Positions 12,291 through 26,594 of a stretch of 64,000 nucleotides of DNA are shown piece by piece; the first letter of the stretch is position 1, and each line of letters starts with the position of its first letter. Below the pieces are notes generated by a model. It had not been told where the DNA came from. It saw nothing but the letters and a program-made list of their open reading frames with translations, and ran no database searches. The position numbers were made by a program, and so were the translations under genes. The DNA is from Epiperipatus broadwayi (taxonomy: Eukaryota; Animalia; Onychophora), in assembly GCA_028023455.1 (NCBI GenBank), contig JAQFVV010000004.1, forward strand, positions 22,878,001-22,942,000, written 5' to 3'.

Positions 12291-15200
12291 TTATTCAGAA
12301 ATCATTTAATACCCCCCCCCCCCCAATATACTTGAAAGCAAAAATCAGCATAATTTATTACATCAATAATCGTCATTTTTAGTCTATGATTATTGAGAAC
12401 TTTTATTTAATTTGGACTTTGGTTTACATATTTGTAAATGAAACATTTTTAATGTTTCATTTTGTTTATATATTTTTTTTATATGGCATCTTCTCATCAA
12501 TGCTTTTATGATTATAAGAATTATTAAAATTCTTGAAACAAATATCCTAAGGATAATTATCATGCTATTGCAAGTTTCTAAATCAAAATAATGTTTATAT
12601 CTAATGTATGCATGTGAATAGTTGTTTTTATTTGCAGTAATTTAATTTATAATTTGATAATTGATTAAAGTGTATAAGAAAATACTTTGTATAATTTTTA
12701 TATATTAGTTATAAATTATTTTAATATATCAATAAAAATAGCAATTTCATTTGTTTTTGTCTAGTAAAGAAATAATTTGCAGGAAACAATATTTCCTGTT
12801 TATTTTTAAATGTGGGTTGACTTTTCTTAATTTTGTCCTAATATTTTTTTTTTGAGAAAACAATTTGCTAGTAGCTATGTAAAAATCACCAAAGTATTTT
12901 AAAAAATTTGATAAAGGTTTAAATAATTATTTTAAATTTAATTACCCCTTTTTTAAAGGTTTTTTTTTAAAAAATCATCCTATTTGCACAGTGTGTGTTT
13001 TGCTGCATCTGAACCATTTTTATAAAGGTAATCAATCAATCACATTTGACTAGCTGAATTTAAGTAATAAAAGTAATGGATGTCTTGTGATTAATAAGTT
13101 TTCTAATCAATATGTCAATTCTGTTGAAGAGTGAAAATACATTTTTTCTTTCTTTATATTATTCAAAGTTGAATTATTGATTACATGATATGCAAATTAA
13201 GAAGAGAGATTACATTTGTCTGAATTTATTTATTTAAAAGAAAAATACAGATAGTGTACTAATTTTCTAAAATTATTGTCTGTAATTTTTTAAAAGTTTT
13301 ATTTTTTCCCCATATATTTTATTATTTTATTTTTACATATTTCAGTTTTAACTTATCAAATTTTATCCATTAGTTATATGGTTCTATTTGGAATTATTTT
13401 TCTGAGTTGCCCAATTTTTATGAATGCATTCTAAATATCAGTGGGTCTGTGCATATACACTGAAGTTTTCTATTTCTATTTACTACTTGGAGTTTGTAAT
13501 AGATTATATATATATATGCCCTTATACAATATATATATAAAGTCTATATTTCTTTGTATTTGCATTTACTATTTCACTAAATAATAGTTTTTGCATAAAA
13601 ATATAATTCTGCTATAGTCATCTATTATTAAAACAACTTTCCTGATACCCTATGGCCATGGCATATTTTCTTATTCATAATAATATCAAGAAACTTAATT
13701 TGATGTTAATTCCAAGTGTGTCTTATTACTGCAGTAATATTAGTTTGGCAACTGTGCCAAACTGTGATATTCTGGCATATCTTTACTGATAAAATTATGA
13801 CAGGGACGGAACTTAAATTTTTATAATTTTTAAATTTAATTATTTTAGCATGAATTATGTTTCATATAAGTAATATTTTTTATTTAATTTTCAATATATA
13901 CATCTTTAAAAAAGTAATAAATACATTACAGAAAATAAATTAACATACACACATTTTAAATTTAAAAAAACAAATCAGTAAATATCTGTAATTTAAAATA
14001 GCACTACTTTATTCCTGATTTTTATTTTTCCCAGACAATAGCAGTTGATAACTTTACTTAACTACTTTTTAAAAAAATTTTGTAGTAATTTTTGTCGCAA
14101 GAACAAACAGAAAACTTTAATTTAAAATTTTACAGAACATTACCCCAAATAAGTGAGGAGAGAATAAACAAATCATGAATTAAGTTGATATAAATTTAAT
14201 AATTAGTAAATGTTTTTTTGTGTGTGTATTTATGTGAATAATATAAAGATGTAACAATATAAAAATTAGTATTTATATATCCAATAGATGTTATAATTAA
14301 CTGCCATTATAGTGTTATTATTTAATAAAGTAAAGGGGGGACGGGACAAATATTTCATTTATTTGATTACTATAATGATGTTTTGATGTAAAAATAAGAT
14401 AAATATGCAGAACACATTGTAAATGCATGTCCTGTAATATTATTTAGTGTTTAATATTTATATAAAATTTGCTTAATTTTCCATCAGCGCGTAGGTGCTT
14501 TACACCCAAAAAGTTTATAATAAGAATTATAAGAAGTATACGATTTATTAATACATTAATTTTTTTATTGTGGCAAAAGCATTAATCCAGAAAGGGTAAA
14601 GAATTGAGATTTTCAGGTTAATCACATTGATCTGTAATATCAACCAGATTTAAAATTTGGTAATAAAGCTACTTGATATAAGATATCTAGCTTGCACAAA
14701 AAAAAAATATTGTGCCATCCAGTGGTACAAAGACTTTAGTACATATGTTTAAATGAAACTTTATTAATCAACCTGAAAATAGTTTGCATTAACTACTTGT
14801 GTTAACATTTAGTTTAATAAAAGTGTAATTAATAAAGAAAATGATTCTAAGTATAAAGTATATATTTTATTATCAAATGTTTTATATGCTATATACTTCT
14901 GAGATATTAACAAAATGCATATATTTCATTTAAAATTTTCTTTTTTAATGAAAATTTTTAAGAAGGAAATTGTTGCGAAACATAGTATGTGGGCTGGAAA
15001 TAATTTTAAAGGCAGATTAAACATATAAATTTAACTCCTAGAATAAAAGTTAAAATTAAAAGAAAAGAAATCTTGTTTATCAAAAAGCAGAGATGATAGA
15101 TTAGTTGGTGTATATAAGACTGAGTCAATCAGATTTTCATATTTTTTCTCTGTTGTGAAGAATTGTTCAATCATAGTTTAACTAAACCTGGAATCATCAG

Positions 15201-17169
15201 AAGTGTAAAGGTTATAATAACTGATAATTAGCTAATACCAAATCTTAAGCTAAATTTCCATTTATCAAAAGCCATCAAATGTAGTTATAAGATATTATTC
15301 ATGCCAGACTAAAGACCCATTGATATATATGTTCATTGCTGGTCACCCTATATGTTATGTAGATGAAAATGTTGTTCTGACCAGTTAAATATGATTATTC
15401 CTAGCCTGATCATCTGCAACAAAAATTATCTCCAGACAATTCACCAGAAAATTTTCTCCCAAGAGAAAGCGGAAAATCATTATACAGGAGGTCAAACTGG
15501 AATAAAACATTATATAAATTAAAACACAGAAAAGTAAAATATATTAAAAGATATCTACAACTGAATTGACATTTTATTTAATTAGTTAAATAATTAAGAA
15601 AGATCTTTATTAAAAAATTTGAAAATGAACTATAAATATTTTTATTATGTGAATTATTTAACTTTAGTCATTTTGTTAACTATATAATTTTTTTTTCTTT
15701 TTAATATTTTGTCATTTAATATTTTCTTTATTTGCTTATATATTATTAGAATAATTATATTATGGGGAGACAAAAGTGGATTCTTAACAGTTTTTTATTT
15801 TTATTGTTATTAAACATATTTTTAAAATCTCTAGTTTCATTTCAAAGTTATTTTTATGCTAATTAGTCTATATAACATTTTAAGCTAATTGACTAAAAAT
15901 AAGTATGTCATCATTCAATATAAAAGAAAATTATAAATCAATATTTCATAATCAGTGCTAGTTTTTGATCACATTCCCCCTCATTGTTAAAATAGCATAT
16001 TAATTATTTTTTAATACTGCATCAAATATAAGCTATTCATAAGTTGAGTGATTTCTTTCAAAAATTACCTTGACTAATTCCAACCTAGAGGGGAAAATAA
16101 TCAGAAAATATGAGTTTCTCAATTTAGTCATATATTTTTATAATTGTTTGTTTTATTAGAAATCTCAATTTGATTATCTTGGAAATAAATAAAAAAAGAG
16201 AAAAATTTATATTAGGATTGATATATAAAAATGCTTTACAGTAAATATCCCTTCTTTTTGTATGGGGAAAATAACCCATACCATTTCAATATATATATTA
16301 TCAATTTAAATACTTTTAAAACTGCTTGGATTTTTATGCTTGAATCATGTTTTATTTTGTGGTAAAATTCATTAAGAATTTATTACATTCCAAACCATGT
16401 ATATAAAGATATTTAATTCATGATCAGTTTTTAATGTACAGTGAAACAGCTTATATAATGTATGTTTTTAACACAGATATATATTGTGGCTGTAATTGAA
16501 GCTACACCTCAGTTATAGATATATTTACAATTATTAATTTATGTAGCTATGATATAAACAGTATAAAATGGATGAAGTGTACACTCAAGAATATTAACTC
16601 CCAAATTGTAAATTGAATATGTGTACAATATTTTTGTTTCATTTTTATTTTGTTATTTTAATAAATGTAAATGTCCTACATTTATAATTTTATATCATTT
16701 TTTCTGTAAAAAGTTGTTTACATGTTGAAACATGTTATAAAGAAATAAAAATATATAAAATAATTAAAAGGTAATTGTAAATGTTCCAATGCATATATAT
16801 ATATTTTAATTAGCAGATTTTCTATGTTAATGCATTAAGAAAAGTCAGGTGGCCATTGTTTTACCAAATATAAAAATACTACTAATGCATTAATAACCAT
16901 CCTGCTTTGTATTCTTATTTTTACAAATAAAAGAATACGAAGAATTTGGAAGGCAATGCAAATATAGAAAAATCTTGTTTATTTGTTGTATAGGCATGTT
17001 TAATTTTAATCCGTAGTAAAAGAATTTTTTCTTTTGTATTTAAATTTGAAACTGATGTTTATCAGTATAGTGGTCTGAGCACCCAGATAAAATTAAAGTA
17101 AAAATAATATATGAAACTAATTAAAGAAAACATTCTTTAAAAGAAAAGTATGTGAATTATTTTTGGATC

Positions 17170-17960
17170 CATTAGCCACCAAGATAAAAGCTGGGGGCAC
17201 TGATTCGAAGGGGGGTAACCAAATTGACTATGTAATGGAGATGCTATATATACTGTTCTCCAGGTGCAGGACAAGAGTGGTAGTTATATTAAGATGCCGT
17301 CATATTATTCCAAGTTCTCTCAGATGTATTTTCTCCAGTCTTCCGAGTTATAGCCAGATAGATTCTCAGAGCGATCGATCTAAGCTCTTTAGTATACATT
17401 GCGTGATCATTGCAGGCCGTCTAACCTTATATTTTAGTCACTGCAAATGTTTCATGACTCCAAATTAATGCAGAGGTTACTTATGGAGAATACTACTGCT
17501 ATGGTGTACAGACATAATAATTGAATGGTGATAGCTGTAGTCAGTATGGAGGAGATTGGGGTTGCCGAAATCTTGTGGTGCTAACAAGCTCGTGTCGCTT
17601 CCAGTTCTATGCTGTGCTAGAAGACATGAACTGTTAAGAAAGAGCATAGAGCCAAGTCTCTATTGAATTCATTTCTATAGCAGTGTCCGTCTGATTGGCA
17701 CAGCATTAACAAACTCAAGATGAAGATCATTTTTACATCAACCAGTGAGATAATTATGGGGTAGAAGCCCACTTCAGTGCACCCATCCAACTCCGTCCAA
17801 ACCATTGAAATATAGCCATCTAGATCCAGCTGATATCGATGATGAAGATCACCAAACTAACAGAGTGAAAGAAAGAAATCCTTGTCACCCTGGTAATCAG
17901 ATGTGTATGGCACGTTCAGAGACCCCAAGTCCGGATGAAGTCTCAAGACACCAGAGGGTA
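17170..17960 (+). mobile_element. GC-richer island, possibly a decayed DIRS-type RNase H/MT-region fragment
   Basis: Collinear, frame-broken look-alikes of DIRS motifs: YIA*SLQAV (HIN.LEL.AV), ENTTAMVY (DNTTAV.Y), AEILWC, and IQLI...K..E...ILV. Similarity was judged by eye only. Confidence 0.4.
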
Positions 17961-18916
17961 ACATTTGTTTTAATCTAAATATTATTTTCTTAAATAATTA
18001 TATAACCATAATCTGTTTAAAATCTAATTATGCCAAAGATCTAAATTATATTTTGGTAGTGCGTGTATGTTAAATCATTTATCCGCTATGTGCAGGATTC
18101 TTTAAGTTAGTCATTTTTCCACATTTAGTTTAAAATGCAAAATTTTAAAATACTATTAATCTGTGGAATGAATGAAGAAATGAGCATACAGGTTTTGACC
18201 GAATATTTAATGATCTCATATTATTATTTTTTATATTGCCTAATTTATGTACATGTGGATATAGAACCCAGACCACTTCATCCAAACATTTTTTATGAAT
18301 TAAGGGAAAACAAAATGGATTAAAAAAATATCTTATTTTCTTTTATTTGTGCAATTGGTGATGGAATAATAGGGCTTAAGAAATGTTAATTGATATGTGT
18401 AATAAATATTTTATAACTTGTTTTATTGTTGAGTGTTATATTTATTTTCTTTCATTTCCTAAAAATATAATAAAGTAAATATATTTTTTTTTATATAACC
18501 TGAGATAAGAGGGCTGAATATATCTTAATGGGATACGACTTTATCTGGCCTTAGAAACTTGGTATAAGTTATGTAATGGATTGGGTTTTTTTTTATCTTT
18601 CCAGTTGGGGATTTTCTTTTTCTGGGAGTGGCGCATAGGGACGTTAATTATTCACAGTCTTTCAAAGATATGCATCGATTAACCTTTTGACATCCATTGG
18701 CATGGTAACGAAATAATCAACCATGGTTCAATATATTGCTTGATTTATAATGTATTAATATAAATTAAATTATAAAATGCATATTTCTATTAAAATTATT
18801 ATTGAGATCTCACCCTTAGGTGGTACAATCACTTCATACTTGATATGTAACCCAGAAAAGTTAGAACGAGGTAGAGGTACACCCGGTACAATATAAAATA
18901 TACACATTTTTAATAT

Positions 18917-19283
18917 AGTATATGAGCACAGATTTTCACATGACCCACCACTCTTTACACTATCTCATAACACTGATACACTTGAACACATATAGATTGA
19001 AGCCTGTCCATTAAAGTATGTGGTTTGGGTATCTTAATATATATCTGAGCACTTATAGCATATATGTGTAGAGATGGTAATCTGGACCAAATGATGATTG
19101 CTGGTTTAGCATGAAATACATTTATTGGTGATTATTTATCTTTTCAACATATATGTGTTCAAGTGTATCAGTGTTATGAGATAGTGTAAAGAGTGGTGGG
19201 TCGTGTGAAAATCTGTGCTCATATACCCTATATATTACATATATAGACACAAGTATATAATAAGCCTGTGTGTTTCAGTTATT
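18917..19283. mobile_element. 367-bp insertion with asymmetric inverted arms
   Basis: ~18918-18990 is the reverse complement of ~19150-19226. Flanked by the 13-bp direct repeat acatttttaatat (18904-18916, 19284-19296). A second family copy lies at 1925-2075. Confidence 0.65.
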
Positions 19284-22128
19284 ACATTTTTAATATGTGT
19301 TTATCTATAATACAATTTACAAATTAAAAAAGTACATAGTATTCATTAAAAATAATTGTCAAAAAAATAAAATACTTTACACTAAGTAAATATACACATG
19401 TATTTATATGTCTTAAGAGAGTCAGTCTAAGATATATGTTTTTTGATAAGAAAAAAATGGATTAAAAAAAAACAAAATCAGTACTAAGCTGTCAAAATTT
19501 TTTTTAAAAATTATCACTTTACAAAACTTTTATGTTACTAGATAACACTTCATTAACATAGAATACAATCTTCATTCTAACTATTAAAATGTTATTATAA
19601 AAGGATTAAAAAGCATACGTGAATGTGGGTATATGCATATTCACATACCAAATATTTATTTGCTTTCTATTAATAAAAAGTAATAAAATAATAGTAATTT
19701 AAATAAATCTTAATAGTTAAAGAATCTTAGTCATATTATATTTTAAATAAAATGTATTAATATATACAATTTATTTTTAATTTCATAATAATAAAATGCT
19801 GGCTGAAAAACACACAAAAAAGGAAGTTTGAACATCTTCAGAGTCTTTTACTATTTAAAATGATTAGGAAGTTCTAATTTGAATTCATTGGAATATTCCT
19901 GAAACTTGTTTTGTACTAATATGCATCTTACATCTCACTAATTGATGATCACTTCCTGTGTTGTATGTATTAATCTTGAAATGAATATTTTTTGTTAATC
20001 AAAATATAATCCAATTTTTATATAGATGTTTTTATATCATTTCCATTTAGCATTTTTTTCAAAAAAAAAAAGAATTTATAATTTACAATTTGTATTTTTT
20101 TGAAAATTTTATAAATCTGTATCTTGTATCATTTCTGTCACTATAGCCAAATTTATCTGGAGCACTCATGTTTCAATTCTTGTTCAATTCTATTTTCAAA
20201 GTCTCCCATGATAATTTTTCGAATGTTGTTTTGTCTTATTGAAAAAAATAATTTTATAGTTCTATATAAAATTTTTATTTCTTCATCACTATAACTTGTT
20301 GGGGCAGGTATTTTTTATTAATTTAAATAACTAATCTTGTCTCTGATATACAATCAATGTCCACTGTGTTGTTATATCATTTTTTATTTGTAAGAAATCT
20401 TCATTTGTGTTTCCAATATATGTGCCTTTATAATAAAGTACATGTCCATTTTTCAAATCAAATGGCTCTTCACTTTTTCTAATCCATTAATGCCCCATGA
20501 GTTTTTTTTTTTCCAATTCATGTAGTCTTCCCCCAGTTGAAAGTGATTTATATTATAAATAGAAATGGCCTCCTAAGTCTGCAATCAGGAGATGCTTACT
20601 AATCTGCCTTCAGATATAACAGCCTTACTTGTATTACAGAAAACAATTACATTTTTAAAATATGCATATTTTTTTTATCTATGTAATACTGAAGATGTCA
20701 TTTTAAAAATAAATGGATTTTAAAATAAACTCACAAATACGACCTTCAGGTTTATGTTTTTTGTGTATATTGTTATTTTAAATGTATTTACAGTATTTGT
20801 AAATCCATATCGAGATAAGAACATAAGGCTCAAAACTCAAAAAGATTAAAATATTAAATCATGGTTTTGAGCTTGTTTGCACTTTTAAAATTATATATAA
20901 TAAAGGGGAAAATATTCCAGCTCATGTAGCCACAATTTAGATTCTAAATTGTATTAGCTGCAAACATAAGTTATGAATTTTAATACTAAGTTTGTACTTA
21001 TTTGCTAATCATAATTCAATGTATTTGCTACAGATTTATAGAAATCTAAAAACTATATAGATTAAGAATATAGTATTTATCTTACTATCATCTTGATATT
21101 GTTTCTTTTAAAGCATAGATTATAAGTATTATAATTTAATAATATAGTCACATGTAGATTTTGTACGTGTCTGCATCTAAAACTATATGGTATAATGATT
21201 AGTGCATTTGTTTACTAGTCCATGATTTGAATTTCTACTCTTGGTCGTGTTTGAAAGCCAACCCATAACTAACCGCAAGTCTGTCAGTAAATGGATATTT
21301 AACAATTCTTTAGCTGCAGAATAAAAGTCTGAAAATAATCTGGGGCAACTAGTTGGATGCCAGTATGTGACCATAAACAAAAATGATTGTAATCATCGGC
21401 TTATAGGCAAAATATAAGCTTAATAATGTATTCAGAATATTAGCTGATGCTTAAATTATTCATTAACTTCGTTGTTTACTGGATGACATAGTAATTCAAA
21501 GTCAGGGGGAATAAAAAAAATTGAATTATGCAGAAGTTTGAATTACCTATAACAACAACACCATCAACAACAAAAAAATTGAATATGATATAATTAAAAT
21601 TTCATAAAGGTTATCACTTACATGATTTTTTTTAAAAAGTGAATATTCTCTTCTTTTTTTTTTTTAGTCCAATAGCTAATCTGTATAATAACTCATTTTG
21701 TAATTATTTAATATTGCAAACATTATAATAAACTTCTCTATTTAACAAATTGTACATTTGTTTTAATATTTATAGTAATTGCTCAAGAAAAATATCTAGG
21801 TTTAGCTGTTTAATTTATTTAAAAGACTTGTTGATTAATTTGGTTTTTTTTTCTATTTGTTATTTCTTTAGCATCTAAATTTTATTTCATTCTGTATAAA
21901 TTGTAGTAATTTTTAGTATTTCTTTTCCGAGCATTACTTCAACCGGGAATTTTGATACTTAAAGATAAAACTTGTTTCATATATAGTATATTTATTGCAG
22001 TTCTTGTATGATATTTGTTGAACATTTCCAATTGATCTTAATAGATTTATTTAAGTATTGTATCAGTATTTTATTATATTGTATTTATACTTTTTTTTTT
22101 TTAAATCAATGATATTTTTAAAAATATA

Positions 22129-22974
22129 TAAGATGGCGAATCAAAAATTATCTGCATTTTGATTGTAGAATTTATTTTAATCACCTTTCAGAAAAGACAA
22201 ATAACATTTTTTAATATAATCTCCCTGCTTTTCAATACAATTTGTCCATCTGAACAATAAACTTTTGTATTCACTTATTTACATTTAGATTAAGCTATGA
22301 GTTATGAATGCATTTTTGTCTTCACCTCTTTATCAGATATGAATTTTCATTCTCGCAGAGCTTTTTTCAAGGGACCAACAGGTGATAGTTCAATGGAGCA
22401 AGATTAGGATTATAGTAAGGATGCTTCAACACCTCAAAATGAAGTTTTTGGAGAGTGCTAACAATGTGGGCAGCAGTATGCAGTCTTCTGCATTTTGTTT
22501 AACTTTAAGCTTCAGCTCTACAGTGACCATCTCACTGTAACAAGCACTGTTGATTGTTGAACCTTTTCCTGATAATATTCCAATACCCTTGAGAATCTCA
22601 GAATAATGTATGCATCAATTTTTCAGCTGATTGTTGATTCTTATGCTTCTTCCTTGAATATCTTATCTATTGATTCACACTTCACAGCAAAATACTTTTC
22701 TCTATTCTATGCGTAAAATCTTCAATAAATATTGGTATCAGTTACACCCTCAGACTACAAAAAATAAATCACTGCAATCTGTCTTCTCCCATGCAACTCA
22801 TAAATGGTTCAGCCATTCTTTCTTGCATTGTCCCATTTGAACTGATATAACACATTTTAAAACTGTATGGCAGTTATTGGGGCGACTGATTTCATATAGA
22901 AACTATTGATAAGATAATGTAGCCAGCAGAAGTTTTAATGTAATCATAATGGGGATAATTTTTGACTCCTCATA
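22129..22974 (-). mobile_element. Internally deleted, decayed mariner transposon
   Basis: The minus strand encodes FEVLKHPYYNPNLAPLNYHL / GPLKKALR (mariner HPPYSPDLAPSDY motif) and a ..DSQG.. segment. Diverged TIRs tcaaaaattatc..catt.tgatt occur at both ends with TA flanks. Confidence 0.8.
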
Positions 22975-23910
22975 TAAATATTTTGGATATCTATATAATA
23001 AAATTTTTTATGGAAATTTTAAAGTAACAGTTAGATTACTCAACAAAATGAATGAGTGGAGGTAATCGATATTCTGTATTATGATAGAAGATATGAGTAT
23101 ATTGAAGCTTCTTAGTGCAGGTTATAATGCTGAAACCAATCCTAGACAATTGTGAATATTTTGTTTATGCTTATGATCTTTAGTGTTTTCTGCTTATCAT
23201 TTGAATTGCATAACAAAATAATCATTGAATAGCTAAAAAATGAATGGAACTTTGTAAGTACAGTTAAAAAGAAAAACAATAATGATTTAGCAGGCATAAA
23301 CAAAATTTCCAGTTACAATGTACAAAGTAAAACAGCTAACATTTAGAGATGGAGTGTTTGAAGAATATAACTTTCTGGTTAAGAATTTGTACACTAAAGA
23401 AATACATTTTCATAGAATTTACTGTTGCTACAGAACAATATACTGTAATTTAACTTAAATTGTTCTAAGTATCAAATTATTTTTAGCTAAATATTAAGAT
23501 TTACTAGTTGGGAATAATTTTTGCATGATTTATCATAATTATTATTAATGTTATTTTTTATACTAATTATTTTTTTAATTAATTTTTCTACAGAGTTTAG
23601 CATCAGAGAAAGGATTAAATAAGTAAGCCTGGGGTGAGATTTTGAAAAGAGTCCTACGAACTTTTTATTCTTCTTTAAATTTTTATTTAAAGCACTTTCC
23701 ACATCATCTTGCATGATTATTATGCACTGAGCTCAATAAATTTTTAGATGATTAATAGTTATGTTGATTCAAAAATTTATTCAGAGAAAAAAAACTAAGA
23801 AATGGGATATTGTATCTTAACTTATATAGCAAAAATTTTAAGATAAAATGATTTTTTTTTTCATGCTTGTTTTTATATTTTTATTACTAGATGTTTATTT
23901 TAATTATATA

Positions 23911-24059
23911 ATAATAGTAGATTACTCCACTGCACACACGCCTTACAGATCGAACACTTTTTAATGAAAAAGACTTTATCTTGTGTTTGGAAAGTAGAGT
24001 ATTCATTAAAAAGCATTCGATCTGTAAAGCTCGTGTACAGTGGAGTAATCTACTATTAT
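23911..24059. mobile_element. Small palindromic MITE (149 bp)
   Basis: ataatagtagattactccactg mirrors cagtggagtaatctactattat. The arms stay complementary for ~60 bp (acagatcgaa..ttttaatgaa / ttcattaaaa..ttcgatctgt). Confidence 0.75.
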
Positions 24060-24499
24060 TATTACAATTTATAACATCGCACTATATAAATAAAATATTT
24101 ATTTTATTTATGTAATTCTTTTATTTTTTATTGTCATTTGTAACTTCCTTACCAACAAAAAAAAATTATTGCTGTTTAGTATGTATAAACAATTACTTGA
24201 TATATTTGTTATCTTGGAACAAAGAAATTATTTTATAGCTCTCAAGAACAATAATTGTTATATTGCAAAAAGAAAATAACTTTTTTTAATGAAGGACAGA
24301 AATATTTTAAAAGTATATAATTTATTATTACAGTATTTTGTTAAAAAGTAAAAGTAGAAAGCTAAAAGAAGATTTAATATTAATCTTTTCTGAGATTTTA
24401 TAGTTATAAAATATGTTAAAAAATAAATGTTTAATTATATTTTATGGGGTGAAAAAAGGAATTTTTGAACAGTTATTTTTAATGATTTTATTTACCATA

Positions 24500-25330
24500 T
24501 GGTCACTTGTGGTGGGTCACATAATGTTTGGTCATAAAAATAATTGTGCGTAACAGTTCCATTTAGATTATTAAAAAACATTTTTTTTCACCTCAGGACT
24601 TCATGAATTAGGAAGAGGAGTTGGATTTTCATCATATTTCCTCTCCATTGAAAAGTTTTTGCATTGAGTTTATCTTATGATATTGTAGGAGCTGCTCTCC
24701 AAAAAGTATCCACATTATAATGTAAACACCTGATTTATTAATGAATTTATACTTATCTAAATGGGAGGTGGAGGCATAATGATTATCTATATAAGATATA
24801 TTCTATCACATGGAATCTGAATTAAGTTCAAGCAATTGCCAAATAATCAGTACTGGTGGTGATGACCAGCAAATGCAAATAATAGAATCTGTTACACCTA
24901 GCCACATGTTGATATACCATTATGTATCTAATGAAAATTGATTACAGTCTTTGACGATTTTTTTTATTTAAGCAAAATAATAAAATTAAATTCATCCAGC
25001 AATAATATTGATCATCCATTATCATCAATTTGCATGGTTTGATTACCTAAAGTATGATCTCAATGAAATAATATCAATTAACTAGTTATATTTCCCTAAT
25101 AATAATTATTCTTATTTATTGACTTGGAAATTGAACATTAAAATAATATTGAGTAGCAGAAAACTCTGTTTGAGGGTAAGAATGTTTCTATAATCTTTTT
25201 AATGCTTTCTTTTTCTGGATTCAAAAGGCTATTTTAGCTATTCCAATTTGTTTGCTCAATCCCATGGTTGAGCACAATTTGGAAGCACTTTTCTATACGT
25301 CAAATAATCCACAATCACATGTAAAGTAAA
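24500..25330 (-). mobile_element. Possible decayed Tc1/mariner-superfamily transposase remnant
   Basis: Weak helix-turn-helix-like peptide (RKVLPNCAQP.GLSK) on the minus strand near 25250-25300. No TIR pair was confirmed. Confidence 0.25.
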
Positions 25331-26018
25331 TACTATGTATACAGATTGAGATTTGAATTAAGAATGTTATGTAACTGATGTTAATTTTAAAATAATTTAA
25401 TGAAATAATACATTATGAAAATCTTAAAGAAATTTGAATATGCAAAATTGCATTGCATTCATATACATTAAATTATCACATTATAGTGGATAAATCTTTA
25501 AATATATGAATTATCTTCCTTATGTGCTTATTTGCATATGTCTTTATTTGGATTTAATACATTATTGAATCCTCTATTAATCTCTTCAAAGTATATTATT
25601 TCTCAGTTATATAGAAGTGTACGGTATTTTTGTAAAAAAATAAAAATTACATTGTTTAATATCTCATAAAAAAAGAGATTCATATATATAAATGAAAATA
25701 TAATCAGTCATTTCACTATTTACTATCTCTTTATTTTACATTTATTATGCATAGTTGAACTTTGGGAATTATACTTTTGACAGTATTCAAAATAGCCTTA
25801 TTTACAAGGTTACTTTTCTAAGCTGAAAGTTTTTTCCCAAATGTTGGCCTATTTATGTGGGTATACATCTATATTTGCAGTTTTAATGAATTTCCTTCTT
25901 ATAGAAATTTTTATCATAATAGCATCTTATATTAATATTTTGTTGTCTTTTAGTTCTCCACAGTCTTTCATTGGTAAATAGGATATTGACTCAGGTACTC
26001 ATTAAATTTATTTGGTAG

Positions 26019-26503
26019 TGTTGTATTCGTTTGTTGAGAAATAAACAGCGAGTTTATTAAAGACAATTTAGTCCAGAAGTTTTCATTTATTTTAATTGAA
26101 AATAAAAATAACTAATTATAATGAAATAATTATAATTAAAAACAAGTTGTGGGGATTATTTTTATCAGAGATAAAAATAACTAATTAATGTTAAGAACAA
26201 TCAAAACGGAGTTGGAAAACACGCGATTAAGTTTTCGGAATGTAGCAGATAAGACTTAACAAAAGAACTCAGAAGGATATATAAATTGCTAGAGGAAAAC
26301 ATCGCGCACTTGTTACAGTCTTGTTAACAGAAGAAGTTGGATACGTAAAGCTGTTAAGAGCTATTTGCGGCACAACGGTTTTAAGAGTTGTTCAGCCGAG
26401 TTTCATATATTTTAGCTATAATTCTTTGTACTCATTTATGTTATCGATCGGATTGTAAGTGTTTTTCTACCCCTCTGAAAAACTTAGGGGTGAAGACATT
26501 ACA
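26019..26503 (+). repeat. 5' LTR (485 bp)
   Basis: Direct repeat of 28228-28713, with 14 substitutions and 1 indel by manual count. Confidence 0.95.
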
Positions 26504-26507
26504 AGAT

Positions 26508-26517
26508 TGGCGCAGTC
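26508..26517 (+). promoter_or_regulatory. Primer-binding site TGGCGCAGTC (tRNA-Ser-like)
   Basis: Begins 4 nt after the 5' LTR with TGG. The tRNA assignment is from recalled tRNA-Ser 3' ends. Confidence 0.7.
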
Positions 26518-26594
26518 TAAAGTTTCGAACCTAGTGAAACTTGAAAGAATAAGCCAGATGAGAAAGTCAACCGATACTATTGAAAACAAGTAAA

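Noticed and set aside
17163-17468. 101-aa ORF MDPLATKIK...
   Set aside because: It starts at a TTG, shows no recognisable similarity, and the motif-like peptides of this block lie in other frames.
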